In this document: in pieces, positions 21,301-30,526 of the stretch
How the letters are laid out: each line of letters starts with the position of its first letter
How positions within the stretch are numbered: the stretch's first letter is position 1
Assembly (NCBI GenBank): GCA_977017575.1
Contig: CDRNVI010000026.1
Location: 62,001-126,000 of the forward strand
Reading direction: 5' to 3'
Source: Paramoeba atlantica
Taxonomy: Eukaryota > Protista > Discosea
DNA length: 64,000 nt
Position numbers and translations under genes: made by a program
The notes under the pieces: generated by a model
Database searches by the model: none
Told to the model about the DNA's origin: nothing
The model's input: the letters and a program-made list of their open reading frames with translations, nothing else

Positions 21301-23851
21301 CTCAATAGAATACGCGAAGTCTCTATTGAATTTTTTTCCCAGCGCAGTTGCACAAGCAGGTTGGCTCCTGGCTCTCGGATTACTTGGTCATTTGAGGGAA
21401 ATACAACTGAGCGACATATACTCATTGACTACATCCCACGGTATGCGAGATGCGCTAATAGTCTCCATTTTGCTTGGTGTAGCCATCAGCTCCCCTCGAA
21501 CAGGAAGAACTGATTTAGGCGAATATATCGCTATGCATATTCCCGGGTTAGAACAACGTATTCCCGTAACTGCATCTAATGATGATACAATCTTTCGCAG
21601 ACCCTCAACCCCGTATCAAGAATCACTGGCGCGATCGTGTTTGCCGAACATCGAGTATAGCTCAGCGATTCGCCAAGCAGCATTCGTTTCTCTTGGGGTG
21701 CTTCATATGGGATCTTGTCATGATATCTACTCCGCGACGCTTTTAAAAGAAATGGGTAACACATATGAGTATCAAAGCGGCTCACCGGGATACTCTTTGT
21801 CCGCAGGAATCGGTATTGGATTTCTGTGGCTAGGAAAAGGAAGTTTGTTAACGAATTCCATGAAAAACCCTACGGTGCGAAGACTGTTAGAACTCATACC
21901 TCACTGTGAAGGAATGGGCTTCTATGACGAGCAACAGGTGTTTGAACGAGTTATTGGGGAAAACAATGAACTCAACTATTTCGCTGCAGTTGCCAGGCTT
22001 TCGGATCTGAAGTCTAGGATCACTGCAAGGGCTTCGCTTAAAACTCTGAACGAAACGCGTACGGAGCGAAAACGAATGGCCATTGGCGCTTGTATGGGAC
22101 TATGCGGTATGTTTATACATTCGAACGACTCAGAACCATGTAGCGCACTTTTCTCAGCGCTTGATTCCCCGCTTTGTGAATACCTTACACCGGAACAAGC
22201 CCTTGTGTTCTCTCTATGCAGCCATCTCATACGCTGGGACGAAATCGGAGATGATCCGACGTGGTGCCGTTCACAAATATCGCCCGTGTTTCAAGGGGTA
22301 TATTCTGAAAGCACCTATCGAGCAACACAGCTTCACACGCGTCCAGGTGGGGTGCAGCATTTGCAAAGGATTGAGACACATAAGCTCGCAGGAACATATC
22401 TTGCGCTGGCCTTTCGTCATGTGGGTAATAAGCGTTCCGACCTTCGAGATTTCCTTATCACTGAATTGATTTCGCTCTATGGGCACGCTGGAAACCGTGA
22501 GCGAGACGGCACTCATCCGTCTCTTGCTGAATTAGTTCTGAACTCACCTTTGGGTGCGATGTCCACTCCTTCTCTCCTCTCTCTAGTTCCTTGTATGGCA
22601 GCTGCAGTTCTTTCCCTGGGTCTTATTATGGTTGGAACTGCAGACAAATCGACTATACAATCGTTTGAGAAAGTTGAGGCGGTTGCAGATAGCACATCCT
22701 GCTTCGGACTACATTATGCCCTTTCCCTTGCAAAAGGATTTTTAGGACTTGGAAAAGGACTGCTCACGTTTGAACACAATGCTGAGACTGTCTTTGCACT
22801 TCTCTGTTCCGTGCTACCAATACTTCCCGTAGGACCGTGGGATGAAGCCTCTTTTCTTCCGGCTCTCCGTCACCTTTGTGCATCTTATGCAACGAGTCGC
22901 GTCCTACATACCTTCGATTCGGGTACTAAGAAATCCGTATCATGTCGAGTGCAAATCATGATGAACCGGAAAAGTAAACAAATGCGATCCTCAGTAGAAA
23001 ATATTCAAGACTTTTCTCACGAGCCTGAATCATTTAACATTACATGCAAATCACCTTGCACAATACCAACTGTAGAGGATATTGCTATTGTTCGTATTGA
23101 ATTTCGTGAGAATGAAAAATATTTACCCATTGAACTCAATGGGTTCGATTTGAGCACGTATGCATCAAGAACTGGAAAGAAACTAGCTTATAATATCCCG
23201 CTTGTTCAAAGACCGATTCTCGCGCACACTGAAATATCGTTGCTAGATAGCCTTCCACCCACCAGCAGCTCGACACGGAAAGATAGTGTCAGGTTGGTGG
23301 ATCTTTCTATGAATGATGTTACGGACGAGATTATAAATGAGTATGGTAATGTGCTCCACGATTCGCCAGGCAATGAAATAAGAATTCTAGAAAGCATATG
23401 TGAAAGAAGACGAAGCGAAACTCACCTTAAGAATTCTCAGACAGTTACGGAAACAGCTCCGAAAAAGAATGATTGGGAAGAACTACAAGATCAGTTGCAT
23501 ACGAGGTTTATTTTACCAGTCCAGCTTCTGAATAGGGATGCCAATGTGAATTCCTTGCAAACTGATTCAGAGAATGCAAGTAGCACTTTTTCTACATTGC
23601 CACGTAATAGTGAGACATGGGGATGGCACAGGCAGTTACTTCGGTGGTTTACCTCTAGAGGTTCCGATTCTTCTTCCGTTGGATGTTCCAACAAGAAATC
23701 GTTATCTACCTATGAAGACCTAGATGTTGGCGTATGCACAGTCTTGTCTAGATTCCGGAACAGCAATTGGGGCACCGAATCTACATCGAAATCTCTTTTA
23801 AATCTCGCAGTTAAATGTCAAAACAGGATAGCAACTTTCGATACAAGATGA
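18380..23851 (+). CDS. APC1: Anaphase-promoting complex subunit 1
   Basis: About 1820 aa; FWAIFHNACSHGL, AGWLLALGLLGHL, PC repeats (SLGVLHMGS, SAGIGIGFLWLGKG), ALRHL. Confidence 0.85.
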   Translation: MLLKYSDQNGQQLYRDGEGPEANLIWCDNKMLRLNLHIPHLGEAGIVTSDSQDKQSISSSASTIFCTHKCSFITLGEAERHELTIYDTATEDIQVLPLDNFQPHQLIPLSHYRGVVLIGSTAVTRSDLKRSEHSIAYFVNLEGSLHPMQLYPLELLSFISEELYSCTPKKSFPACQFEPASILKVLDITNVDACALPASVLTRKDDTKEIGCYLAVICVLDIDSTPTKNNEHSLQHYRLLLIAFELSPCGSKLRCFPLSYFDQWNSSGCSLSDVSAALQILHTEDDFMACIAVKHPGKAFPLVDDPSGDAHSWWISLYNYDLQKKNILNLQKCQWNLVRTFPVAYLSPGFVINSPSEWPDISLSPMRCPSDAYLWSKVELLKCPETRMFIFLLEMTEQMSTRSTYGYYYFRPRDGTIIPENDVLTFTVERTLDLLHQNRHDSGLLRSLEPYDTQTGACLKNFHQVYLEHARISCSFLREFLYLVQESVCDTTAMYIRSWIICNKNKPNANQTEFAAADHDYEDIKNEWLYLKEYIIRFVGTQNYESVSAERALSATEDKSRFLSSAIGNHILASLHLLRESVLLQEKYRNAYLMVPSLIALAKVIGACSYERYYQSFNDANGRLLEESVYDLEAKTGKEDFHSLVILIKQSHFKIAPSHLYNVVYRICQYFDEQCVLDIETLIKSSLRKIVSCAGRPPSRAFECHIPNSLFEKYNNIMYLFSIISFLQSTEEKYTNLTEAIGVRHSWWNNWESIRNDEQKHFSIQDVNYTYRKGEKNPAVFRILNVAAQQLCELNSSVGTSLRIEFRKKILQNRATGTTSQFYVFIDKIEMINESLEEGNRTLALQLNASHTLKIDNYEQGNDVQPILRRRMLKILTLPLARGLLGLASQTTNSINRTSVKKLPLIALEGVAEKLTFEIQWSQVEDMYRDTTSTEITLHGSVRSTFMFWAIFHNACSHGLALMPNARADPSKIYSIEYAKSLLNFFPSAVAQAGWLLALGLLGHLREIQLSDIYSLTTSHGMRDALIVSILLGVAISSPRTGRTDLGEYIAMHIPGLEQRIPVTASNDDTIFRRPSTPYQESLARSCLPNIEYSSAIRQAAFVSLGVLHMGSCHDIYSATLLKEMGNTYEYQSGSPGYSLSAGIGIGFLWLGKGSLLTNSMKNPTVRRLLELIPHCEGMGFYDEQQVFERVIGENNELNYFAAVARLSDLKSRITARASLKTLNETRTERKRMAIGACMGLCGMFIHSNDSEPCSALFSALDSPLCEYLTPEQALVFSLCSHLIRWDEIGDDPTWCRSQISPVFQGVYSESTYRATQLHTRPGGVQHLQRIETHKLAGTYLALAFRHVGNKRSDLRDFLITELISLYGHAGNRERDGTHPSLAELVLNSPLGAMSTPSLLSLVPCMAAAVLSLGLIMVGTADKSTIQSFEKVEAVADSTSCFGLHYALSLAKGFLGLGKGLLTFEHNAETVFALLCSVLPILPVGPWDEASFLPALRHLCASYATSRVLHTFDSGTKKSVSCRVQIMMNRKSKQMRSSVENIQDFSHEPESFNITCKSPCTIPTVEDIAIVRIEFRENEKYLPIELNGFDLSTYASRTGKKLAYNIPLVQRPILAHTEISLLDSLPPTSSSTRKDSVRLVDLSMNDVTDEIINEYGNVLHDSPGNEIRILESICERRRSETHLKNSQTVTETAPKKNDWEELQDQLHTRFILPVQLLNRDANVNSLQTDSENASSTFSTLPRNSETWGWHRQLLRWFTSRGSDSSSVGCSNKKSLSTYEDLDVGVCTVLSRFRNSNWGTESTSKSLLNLAVKCQNRIATFDTR

Positions 23852-24154
23852 ATTCCACTGTTAAAGTAATTGTATGGACTGTGTAGAATGCAAAATCCGA
23901 TTGATCGAACAAATGAGTTCAAGGTCTGACTACACCTCTCCAATTACACTATTTGAACGCGCTTGGTCTGAATTTATGAGTTGCAGACGGAGAGGGAATT
24001 CTAGCTCCCGCTTAAGCACACTTTTCTACACAAAAAAAACTCTTTTAAACAAAGAAGACTACAAGTTTCTTGAAGTAGGGTGTTGTACGATGATGTTGCA
24101 TTCTTTACTTTTATACACAGAAAAAAACGGAATAGCTTGTTATACAACATTGCT

Positions 24155-25039
24155 ATGAAATGGAGAATGTCGCGTGCGGTGGTCCGGTATGTTTCTCTTA
24201 GTCAGGCACATTGTACACGGCAATGCACCTTCTTAGTTCGTTCTTATTCGACCCTTAATGATGCAAAAGATCAAAACACGACAACTGTCAACTGTGCTGC
24301 TGGACATCCGAACAAGAACAAACACAGCCATGCGCTCGATTCGATGATTCGAGTAGATCTAGCCGGGGAAACGGCAGCTGTTCGTATCTGCAATGCCCAT
24401 CTCTATTTTTATCCCCACAACTCCGTGCTGCAAGAAATTCTACACGAGGAACAGCGTCACTTGGCCTTGATGAACGAGTGGGCACATAGAATACGCGCAC
24501 GCCCAACTCTTCTAGATCCCATCTTTAAATTCGCCAGTGTGGGACTTGGGGTCGTAACCGCATTGTTGGGCCCCTCTTCGGTGATGTGTTGTCACGCTGC
24601 CATTGAGGATGTGATCGCAGCTCATTACAATGATCAGCTGCGACAGTTGTGTTCTTTTTCTGAGGAGTCCACGGATGATGAAAAAGCTACGGAGGGCAGT
24701 AAATTGTCCGAAGCCCATGAACAGGTAAGCACGAATGGGGGTGGACATTCAAATAAAATCTCTGGTTCATCTGGATTATTTTCTTTCTGGCCTTTCAGTG
24801 AAAAAGAACCACATGAACCAGAAAGATCTGCTTCTCCCCGTAACTTACCAAATCTCGGTAACAAGGAAAGCCATGTTGAGGAGCTGCGAAAAGTTGTCCG
24901 AAGACTTCGAGACGAGGAGATGCATCACCACGAACTTGGCATTACGCACGGAGGCCGGGATTTCATAGGATCTTCAGTGTTGTACGAGTCTGTCCGTATT
25001 CTCTGTAAGACTGGAATATGGTTGGCAAAGAGATTTTAA
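24155..25039 (+). CDS. COQ7: Ubiquinone biosynthesis monooxygenase COQ7
   Basis: MIRVDLAGE, EEQRH, RPTLLDP, IEDVIAAHYNDQLR and LRDEEMHH di-iron motifs; about 60-aa low-complexity insertion. Start set at the likely ATG. Confidence 0.9.
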   Translation: MKWRMSRAVVRYVSLSQAHCTRQCTFLVRSYSTLNDAKDQNTTTVNCAAGHPNKNKHSHALDSMIRVDLAGETAAVRICNAHLYFYPHNSVLQEILHEEQRHLALMNEWAHRIRARPTLLDPIFKFASVGLGVVTALLGPSSVMCCHAAIEDVIAAHYNDQLRQLCSFSEESTDDEKATEGSKLSEAHEQVSTNGGGHSNKISGSSGLFSFWPFSEKEPHEPERSASPRNLPNLGNKESHVEELRKVVRRLRDEEMHHHELGITHGGRDFIGSSVLYESVRILCKTGIWLAKRF

Positions 25040-25207
25040 CTTTTTACTGAGACCAGAGATCCTCATAAAAGTTAGCCTAAGGTTCTTGTAGGTTGGCTCT
25101 CTAGTTTTTGGTTCACTCCTGTTTTTGGGTACCTTCTTTCATCCATCTGGGATCTAGAATGTACCCCGGTGGTATTTTAGGTTTCCTCGGAAGTATTTTA
25201 TTATTTT

Positions 25208-25266
25208 CCAACTTTTAATGTGGTCGTTTTACCAACTTTTAATGTGGTCCAACTTTTAATGTGGTC
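25208..25266. repeat. 18-bp direct repeat, 3 copies
   Basis: CCAACTTTTAATGTGGTC at 25208, 25232 and 25249. Confidence 0.9.
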
Positions 25267-25749
25267 AGTGCAAAAGGGTGAGTGTGAAGGCCGTAAAAAG
25301 TAAGGATGCGCCTACGAAAGCTTGAAAAATAACAAAAATGGTGTTCAAACACGACACGATTTTTTTCATACTACATGAAAAAAAACGAAAGATTGAAATC
25401 TAATAAATACAAATCTTGAAAATTTGAATTCTTTACCGCATCCCCTTTCCACTTTATTGCGAAGTGTGTCACGGAGACATTCAAAGCTCTCTTTTGCACT
25501 ATAATAATTCGAAACCGGCTGACTTGCGATATTATGAGATGTGAAGGTGTTAGTGATGTCAAGGTATGTGTGTGTGCGCGCGTGTGCGTGCGCATGTGTG
25601 AAAGGCATTACGTTTATCCGAACAAAAAAATGTATTACAGTTTCTGTAAAATACACTTTCTGTACCCCGCTGTTAATCCTTTCTTTCCCCGGCAACGGGC
25701 GTACTCTTACTGTATTTTTATGCCCGTACTAAGGTCAGAACTGTCCTCT

Positions 25750-26425
25750 TGTCGCTGAAGCAGGGGACGCGCCTTCATCCCTTTACTCCTACCCGAATCA
25801 CTCCCCTGGAGTGAGTGTGTTTCCCTCTCTCGGCCTTCTTCGACTTGTTTTTCCCTCTCCGAGAGGGCGTGCGTCACGGTGGCCTCCCTTGAGGATCACT
25901 AGACGTGTCCTCCGCCGACGAAACTTTCGGCTCTCTGCACCTGGCGGTCGCCCAGCTCTCTGCACCCCGGCTCTGTCGCAGCTCTCTGCACCCGGATTGC
26001 CCCCGAAGCTGTAATGTGGGGATTCCGCATCGGGATCTCCGCACCTGGGACCCCAGCTCTCCGCTGGGGTCACACCTCCGACGAGGACGAACCCTCACAT
26101 GATCCACCCGTCGTATGCGGGTAAGGACATAGTGAGCAAATCTCTGCGCTATAAGTGAATGACCAAACAAAACGCGGCTGCTCCGAATTGTGAGACACTC
26201 ATAAGAGCTCCTCTCACAGTGAGAGGACGGTCAACGCGCTTTGATTCGTATTATTCGATGCTGTACGAGGATCGTACTGGCTGTCGTGGAAGCAGGGGAC
26301 GCTCTTCTACTTCATCACACCCCTCCCCGGCTCACTCTCCTGGAGTGAGCCGTCTTCCCTCCCCTGCTTTGTCCTGGAGCCCTTTCCCCCGGGGAGCCAT
26401 GCGTCATGGTGGCCTCCCTTGGGTA
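25750..26425. mobile_element. Element bounded by diverged ~140-bp direct repeats
   Basis: GAAGCAGGGGACGC, TCACTCYCCTGGAGTGAG and GCGTCAYGGTGGCCTCCCTTG each recur at ~530-bp spacing; internal GCTCTCTGCACC x3. Confidence 0.5.
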
Positions 26426-27059
26426 CCCCCTTGGCTCTGTCTCATGTTATGTCGAGGCAGCGGTCGGTTGCAGTGCGCCCCACCGGCTACGCAAAGAGAG
26501 GCGAGTTGCCTCTCTACACCTCTATCGACAGAGTTCGTCGAAGTTAGTAGTGTATGTAGAATTCTATGTGTTCTATGCGTAGAATACTTTTTATGTCAGT
26601 GATTAAAATTGTAAGAATGTTGAAAATTGAAGGCGCGCGGGGCCCAAGCGGGTAGTAAGAGCAACGGAATGGAACTCACGTAGAACTCGTGTAATGTTGA
26701 GTTCGTTGGGAAGAATACTTAACACCGATGATTGACATACATGAGTCGCGTTTAGCAACCAAGGCAGGAACCCACAGATAAGCTTTTGCCGCCGTGCACA
26801 CGACTGTAGATTTATAGTTCCCGACTGTCTCCCACCGCTTGAGCCCTGTGGCGTGACTAGTAGGGTTCCATTCGTAGTCACTGCGATTTAAGTAGGAGTA
26901 CCATACATTGCCGCTGCGAAAAAAAGTCCCCATTATTATACGTTGTGCCCTTTCTATTTATCTGTTAAAAATGAAAGCCGAGACGTCGCTATACGATAAG
27001 TATGAAATGGTAGAGTTCTAGCACTGTATGCTTATACAGGTGCTTATGGATTGCTAGTA

Positions 27060-27242
27060 CTGCCCCCCCTTCCTTTAAGCGCACCCAGTCAGACTCCCCC
27101 GTTTAAGCGCACATATGTAGAGTCGAGATGCAGACTCCGGCGCCGCGAAGCGGCGGCAATTTCTTTTTAAGTACCGATTCAGACCCCCCGTTTAAACGCA
27201 CTTTTCACGAAAAACGAGGTGCGCTTAAACAGGGGGGGATAG
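27060..27242. mobile_element. ~183-bp MITE with TA target sites
   Basis: Imperfect terminal inverted repeats (CT..CCCCC...TTTAAGCGCACC / GGTGCGCTTAAACAGGGGGGGATAG), TA on both sides, subterminal CCCCCCGTTTAARCGCAC copies, CGCCGCGAAGCGGCG hairpin. Confidence 0.75.
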
Positions 27243-27729
27243 TATAATTTTTTTAGTGGAGACTACTTTTTAAAGGTTTTGGCAGCGACTTGTTGCGAGT
27301 GATCTTTAACCCTATAAAGTCATTCGGGTGTGAAATACAAACGTATGTAAAACGTGTGGCATACAAACAATGGAAAACAACGTTTAGTTTCTCCATGATG
27401 ATCAACAATTATACATTAGAATAGCCATGATACCAAAATTTCGGATTCTTAGCCTCTGAATTTTCCTTGCAGTGCCTCGGAAACACGGGTGGGTACGTAA
27501 GTAGTTACAGTGTGGCACTAAAAAAAGTTACTTGATTATGAATTTGCGTCCCTCGTGACGTTGTACGATTTTCTATTTTTTCGACAATTTTTGATTTAAA
27601 AAGGCACTGGGGCATAAGAACTTTACATTACTCCCGTTTCTAGCTACTTATGGGTAAACCCTCAATTTGGGCCGCAAGTTTTCCTCCTATTCATGATTCA
27701 TAAATTACATTACACTTTAATTGATCAAA

Positions 27730-28566
27730 ATGACAAGGGTAACGACCCGTGGCGATCCATCTCCCAACACGAGAAATGAAATTATGGCTATTTTGGTACG
27801 CTATCTGCATCGTTGTGGCATAAAGCAAAATGTTCTTCAAGCGATTTGGGATCACAAACATTCAAGAGCCCAGTCCCGCGTTTATCGCCACTTTGTAGAT
27901 CAACTGAACGTTCTAATGTCTGTTGAACCTACCTGTTGTATCTCCGAGGATCGTGGCCGTTCCTCCTCACCTCTTGCCGCTCCATTATCCGAGTCTTATA
28001 CGATACATTCAGAAAGTTCCTGCGTTCGTGCGCGTAGTCATGGTTCACTTTCGGAGCTTTCTTGCTCAGAGTCTTCCTTTCTGGCCGAACCAACGTCATT
28101 TCGCCATGTTCATCATCGGTGTGGGCAAGTTCGAGATGCAATCGACAGTAATCTGGATCGTGTTACTCCACTGGATATTGAGGGCAACAAAGTAAAAGTG
28201 CCCCTGGAAGCAAGGCGCCTTGTGTGGAAGCCTAATCGAAAACCTCTTGATAAGAAACACACATATGACCGGAGTCCTCATAAAAGGGACTACCAAAGCA
28301 ATGGCGTTTCCATAAATTCGAATCGTAAGGGTAGAACAGCAAACAACAAGATGTCCCGCGAAGCTAAGGAACTTCATACGTCGTTAAAGTCTCGAAACAT
28401 TAAAAACAAAGAACTTCAAATTCCAAAGCGACAGCAGTCTCACAGTATACAAAGCGGAGCACTTAAACCGGAGTCTCTGAAAAGTGATTTGCAGAGTACA
28501 ATTTCTGCAGATCACTTTGAATATGAACGGAATGGGCGTCATCGTCGAGGGGATGTGGATGCATAG
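27730..28566 (+). CDS. Hypothetical protein
   Basis: 278-aa ATG ORF on the gene strand; no recognised domain. Confidence 0.6.
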   Translation: MTRVTTRGDPSPNTRNEIMAILVRYLHRCGIKQNVLQAIWDHKHSRAQSRVYRHFVDQLNVLMSVEPTCCISEDRGRSSSPLAAPLSESYTIHSESSCVRARSHGSLSELSCSESSFLAEPTSFRHVHHRCGQVRDAIDSNLDRVTPLDIEGNKVKVPLEARRLVWKPNRKPLDKKHTYDRSPHKRDYQSNGVSINSNRKGRTANNKMSREAKELHTSLKSRNIKNKELQIPKRQQSHSIQSGALKPESLKSDLQSTISADHFEYERNGRHRRGDVDA

Positions 28567-28795
28567 CTTAGAAACTTTTGTCCTTGAAACAAAGCATCGA
28601 TTTACGGATGGTCTTCGTTAAAATGGTTTGCGCCTTTCGGCGTTTTATTTTTATCGCTTTGCATCACTTTGAGCATCTTCATACAGATTCTGCACATACA
28701 TGTATATTTAAATACGGTGATATAAATTATAATTAAGCGTTCTATTTTCTTTCTATTGGAATTTCAGTTTTTGCCTCCAGTGTAATTCGCACGAA

Positions 28796-29530
28796 ATGTC
28801 TTCGAATCTGCGCGATCGACTGCTGCGCATTGTTCCCACGGGAGCTGTAGGCGTACCAGATGGTAAAGATATCCTTGATTCTTCCCTTCCGGAAGAAACC
28901 ATAAGCAATATCTCAGACAGATGGATGGACAACGAAGAGTACAACAAAAATGGGCCTCAGGATGAATCCAGCTATTCTAATAGAATGGTTTTCAAAGAAT
29001 GCTTTTCTCCCGATGAAGAAAGCGATCGATTCGCGTTACCTGATCAAGAAATTTCTCAGATACGAGGCACACGTAAACAAAATGTGGAAAACTCGTCAGA
29101 TGCATGTGGTGATGTATCGATTCCTCCACAACAAAATCTTCAATATATTCCTGCATTCAAAAGAGCACGTGTTCGGGACGCGCGCTCCGCCGTAGTCCTG
29201 ACCAGTAAATCGCAACCCGAAATATTCGCTGAGAATCCGAGCCTCGATGGGAGGAAAGTCGAGGCACCTGGGAAGGCCAAACATGGGCATTTCTCTGAGG
29301 GTGATCGCAAAAAGCATGCGGACAGACAAGCTCGTCGTTTGGCACACTACAATGCATGTAGGGATTATGCAACCGAGCACGAAGCTGAATACCGACGTAG
29401 AGAAGCTCTCACGACTCGACAACGTCTTAAAGAGGACAGATCTCGCAAACTTGACTTGATACCGAATAGAGATGAACCGTGCCCCCCACTCTCGAAATAC
29501 ATGTTTGAATATGTATCGAAATATGTTTGA
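28796..29530 (+). CDS. Hypothetical protein
   Basis: 244-aa ORF on the gene strand with a charged helical C-terminus. Confidence 0.6.
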   Translation: MSSNLRDRLLRIVPTGAVGVPDGKDILDSSLPEETISNISDRWMDNEEYNKNGPQDESSYSNRMVFKECFSPDEESDRFALPDQEISQIRGTRKQNVENSSDACGDVSIPPQQNLQYIPAFKRARVRDARSAVVLTSKSQPEIFAENPSLDGRKVEAPGKAKHGHFSEGDRKKHADRQARRLAHYNACRDYATEHEAEYRRREALTTRQRLKEDRSRKLDLIPNRDEPCPPLSKYMFEYVSKYV

Positions 29531-29716
29531 ATCTGTTTCTATATTGTTTGTATTCGGCAGTGAATTGATAGATAGAGCGCGAATTCAATCCTTAGTAGGC
29601 TCATGGTTTCCAAAATATTCTGAAATATCAAGCGTGTATAAACATCCACCATAGAACCCCTCTATTGCCCATGTTGCACAATGTGTAAGTTTCCTATCCT
29701 TGGGTTTCCCATCCTT

Positions 29717-29790
29717 GGCGGTGTGGGCGTAGTTGGTAGACGGTGGGCCTTACAACCTGCAGGTTGTTGGTTCGATTCCCGCTATCGACA
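29717..29790 (+). pseudogene. Degenerate tRNA-like sequence (TAC, Val-like) with A and B boxes
   Basis: GGCGTAGTTGGTAGACG D-arm/A box, CTTACAA loop, GGTTCGATTCC B box; mismatched acceptor, anticodon and T stems. Confidence 0.7.
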
Positions 29791-30393
29791 AAACTCGCAA
29801 CCTGGCGGCCTCACTACAAAGGGAAAGCGATCAGGAGTGCCTTCAAGGCCCACACCCAACCCCGCTCCCCTGGAGGACCGACCCGGAACCGCCGAGCTGA
29901 ACCAGGCTCCAGCGCAGCCGCTAAATTGCGAGCTGCTTACAGCCTTTGAGACACAGCCTACACGATGCAACGGGGTGGACGCCCGTCCTGGTAGCTACGG
30001 TTGGGTAGCCGTGCTCGGGCCGCAAGGCGTCGAGTGCCGTCTGGGAAGGGGGTAGCAAGACAATGAAAGTCGGTGACCTGAGACTCTACCCTAACGGTTG
30101 GCACTGCAGAGCCCTCCGTGTCTTCTTCTTATCCTTGGGTAGGAAACTACCCAAGGATTTCATTTCAAATACCCAATATTTCACGCACCAGCATACCAGA
30201 CTGAGGTTTGTTTTGGTTTGGTTGGAAAGAGGTCAAAAAAAAGGCTGGGGAAACCTTGACCTCCTCCGGCGGGCATTACCGCCAGCAGGGCACCTGCAGT
30301 GAGCCTCACGGTAAGGACTCATAGTTCCGTACCATTGGTTTTTCACTCGGTAATCCCGACTGCGTTGTCCCCGATATGTATTATTATATTATA
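29717..30393 (+). mobile_element. tRNA-headed SINE-like element (or LINE 5' UTR)
   Basis: tRNA head, GC-rich body, perfect 12-bp GAAA-loop hairpin at 30131-30158, (TAT)n-like tail at 30379-30393. Confidence 0.55.
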
Positions 30394-30526
30394 CTAGTAT
30401 GTATCCGGCTCCGACTGTATCGGGAAACATGATAGCATAAAATTGGTTTCATGTAAAATTAAACAAGGAATCAAAACAATGGGCCGAGAGACATGAATGC
30501 GTTAATATTTCTCTGGTGTTCCACTG

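Noticed and set aside
23874-24158. 94-aa ORF between APC1 and COQ7
   Set aside because: No motifs; overlaps the probable COQ7 5' processing region.
26380-26450. HDV-like fold in the direct repeat
   Set aside because: L3 and P1 mismatch the consensus and are not supported in the other copy.
29717-29790. Functional tRNA-Val(TAC)
   Set aside because: Mismatches in three stems, an irregular anticodon arm, and no T-run terminator.
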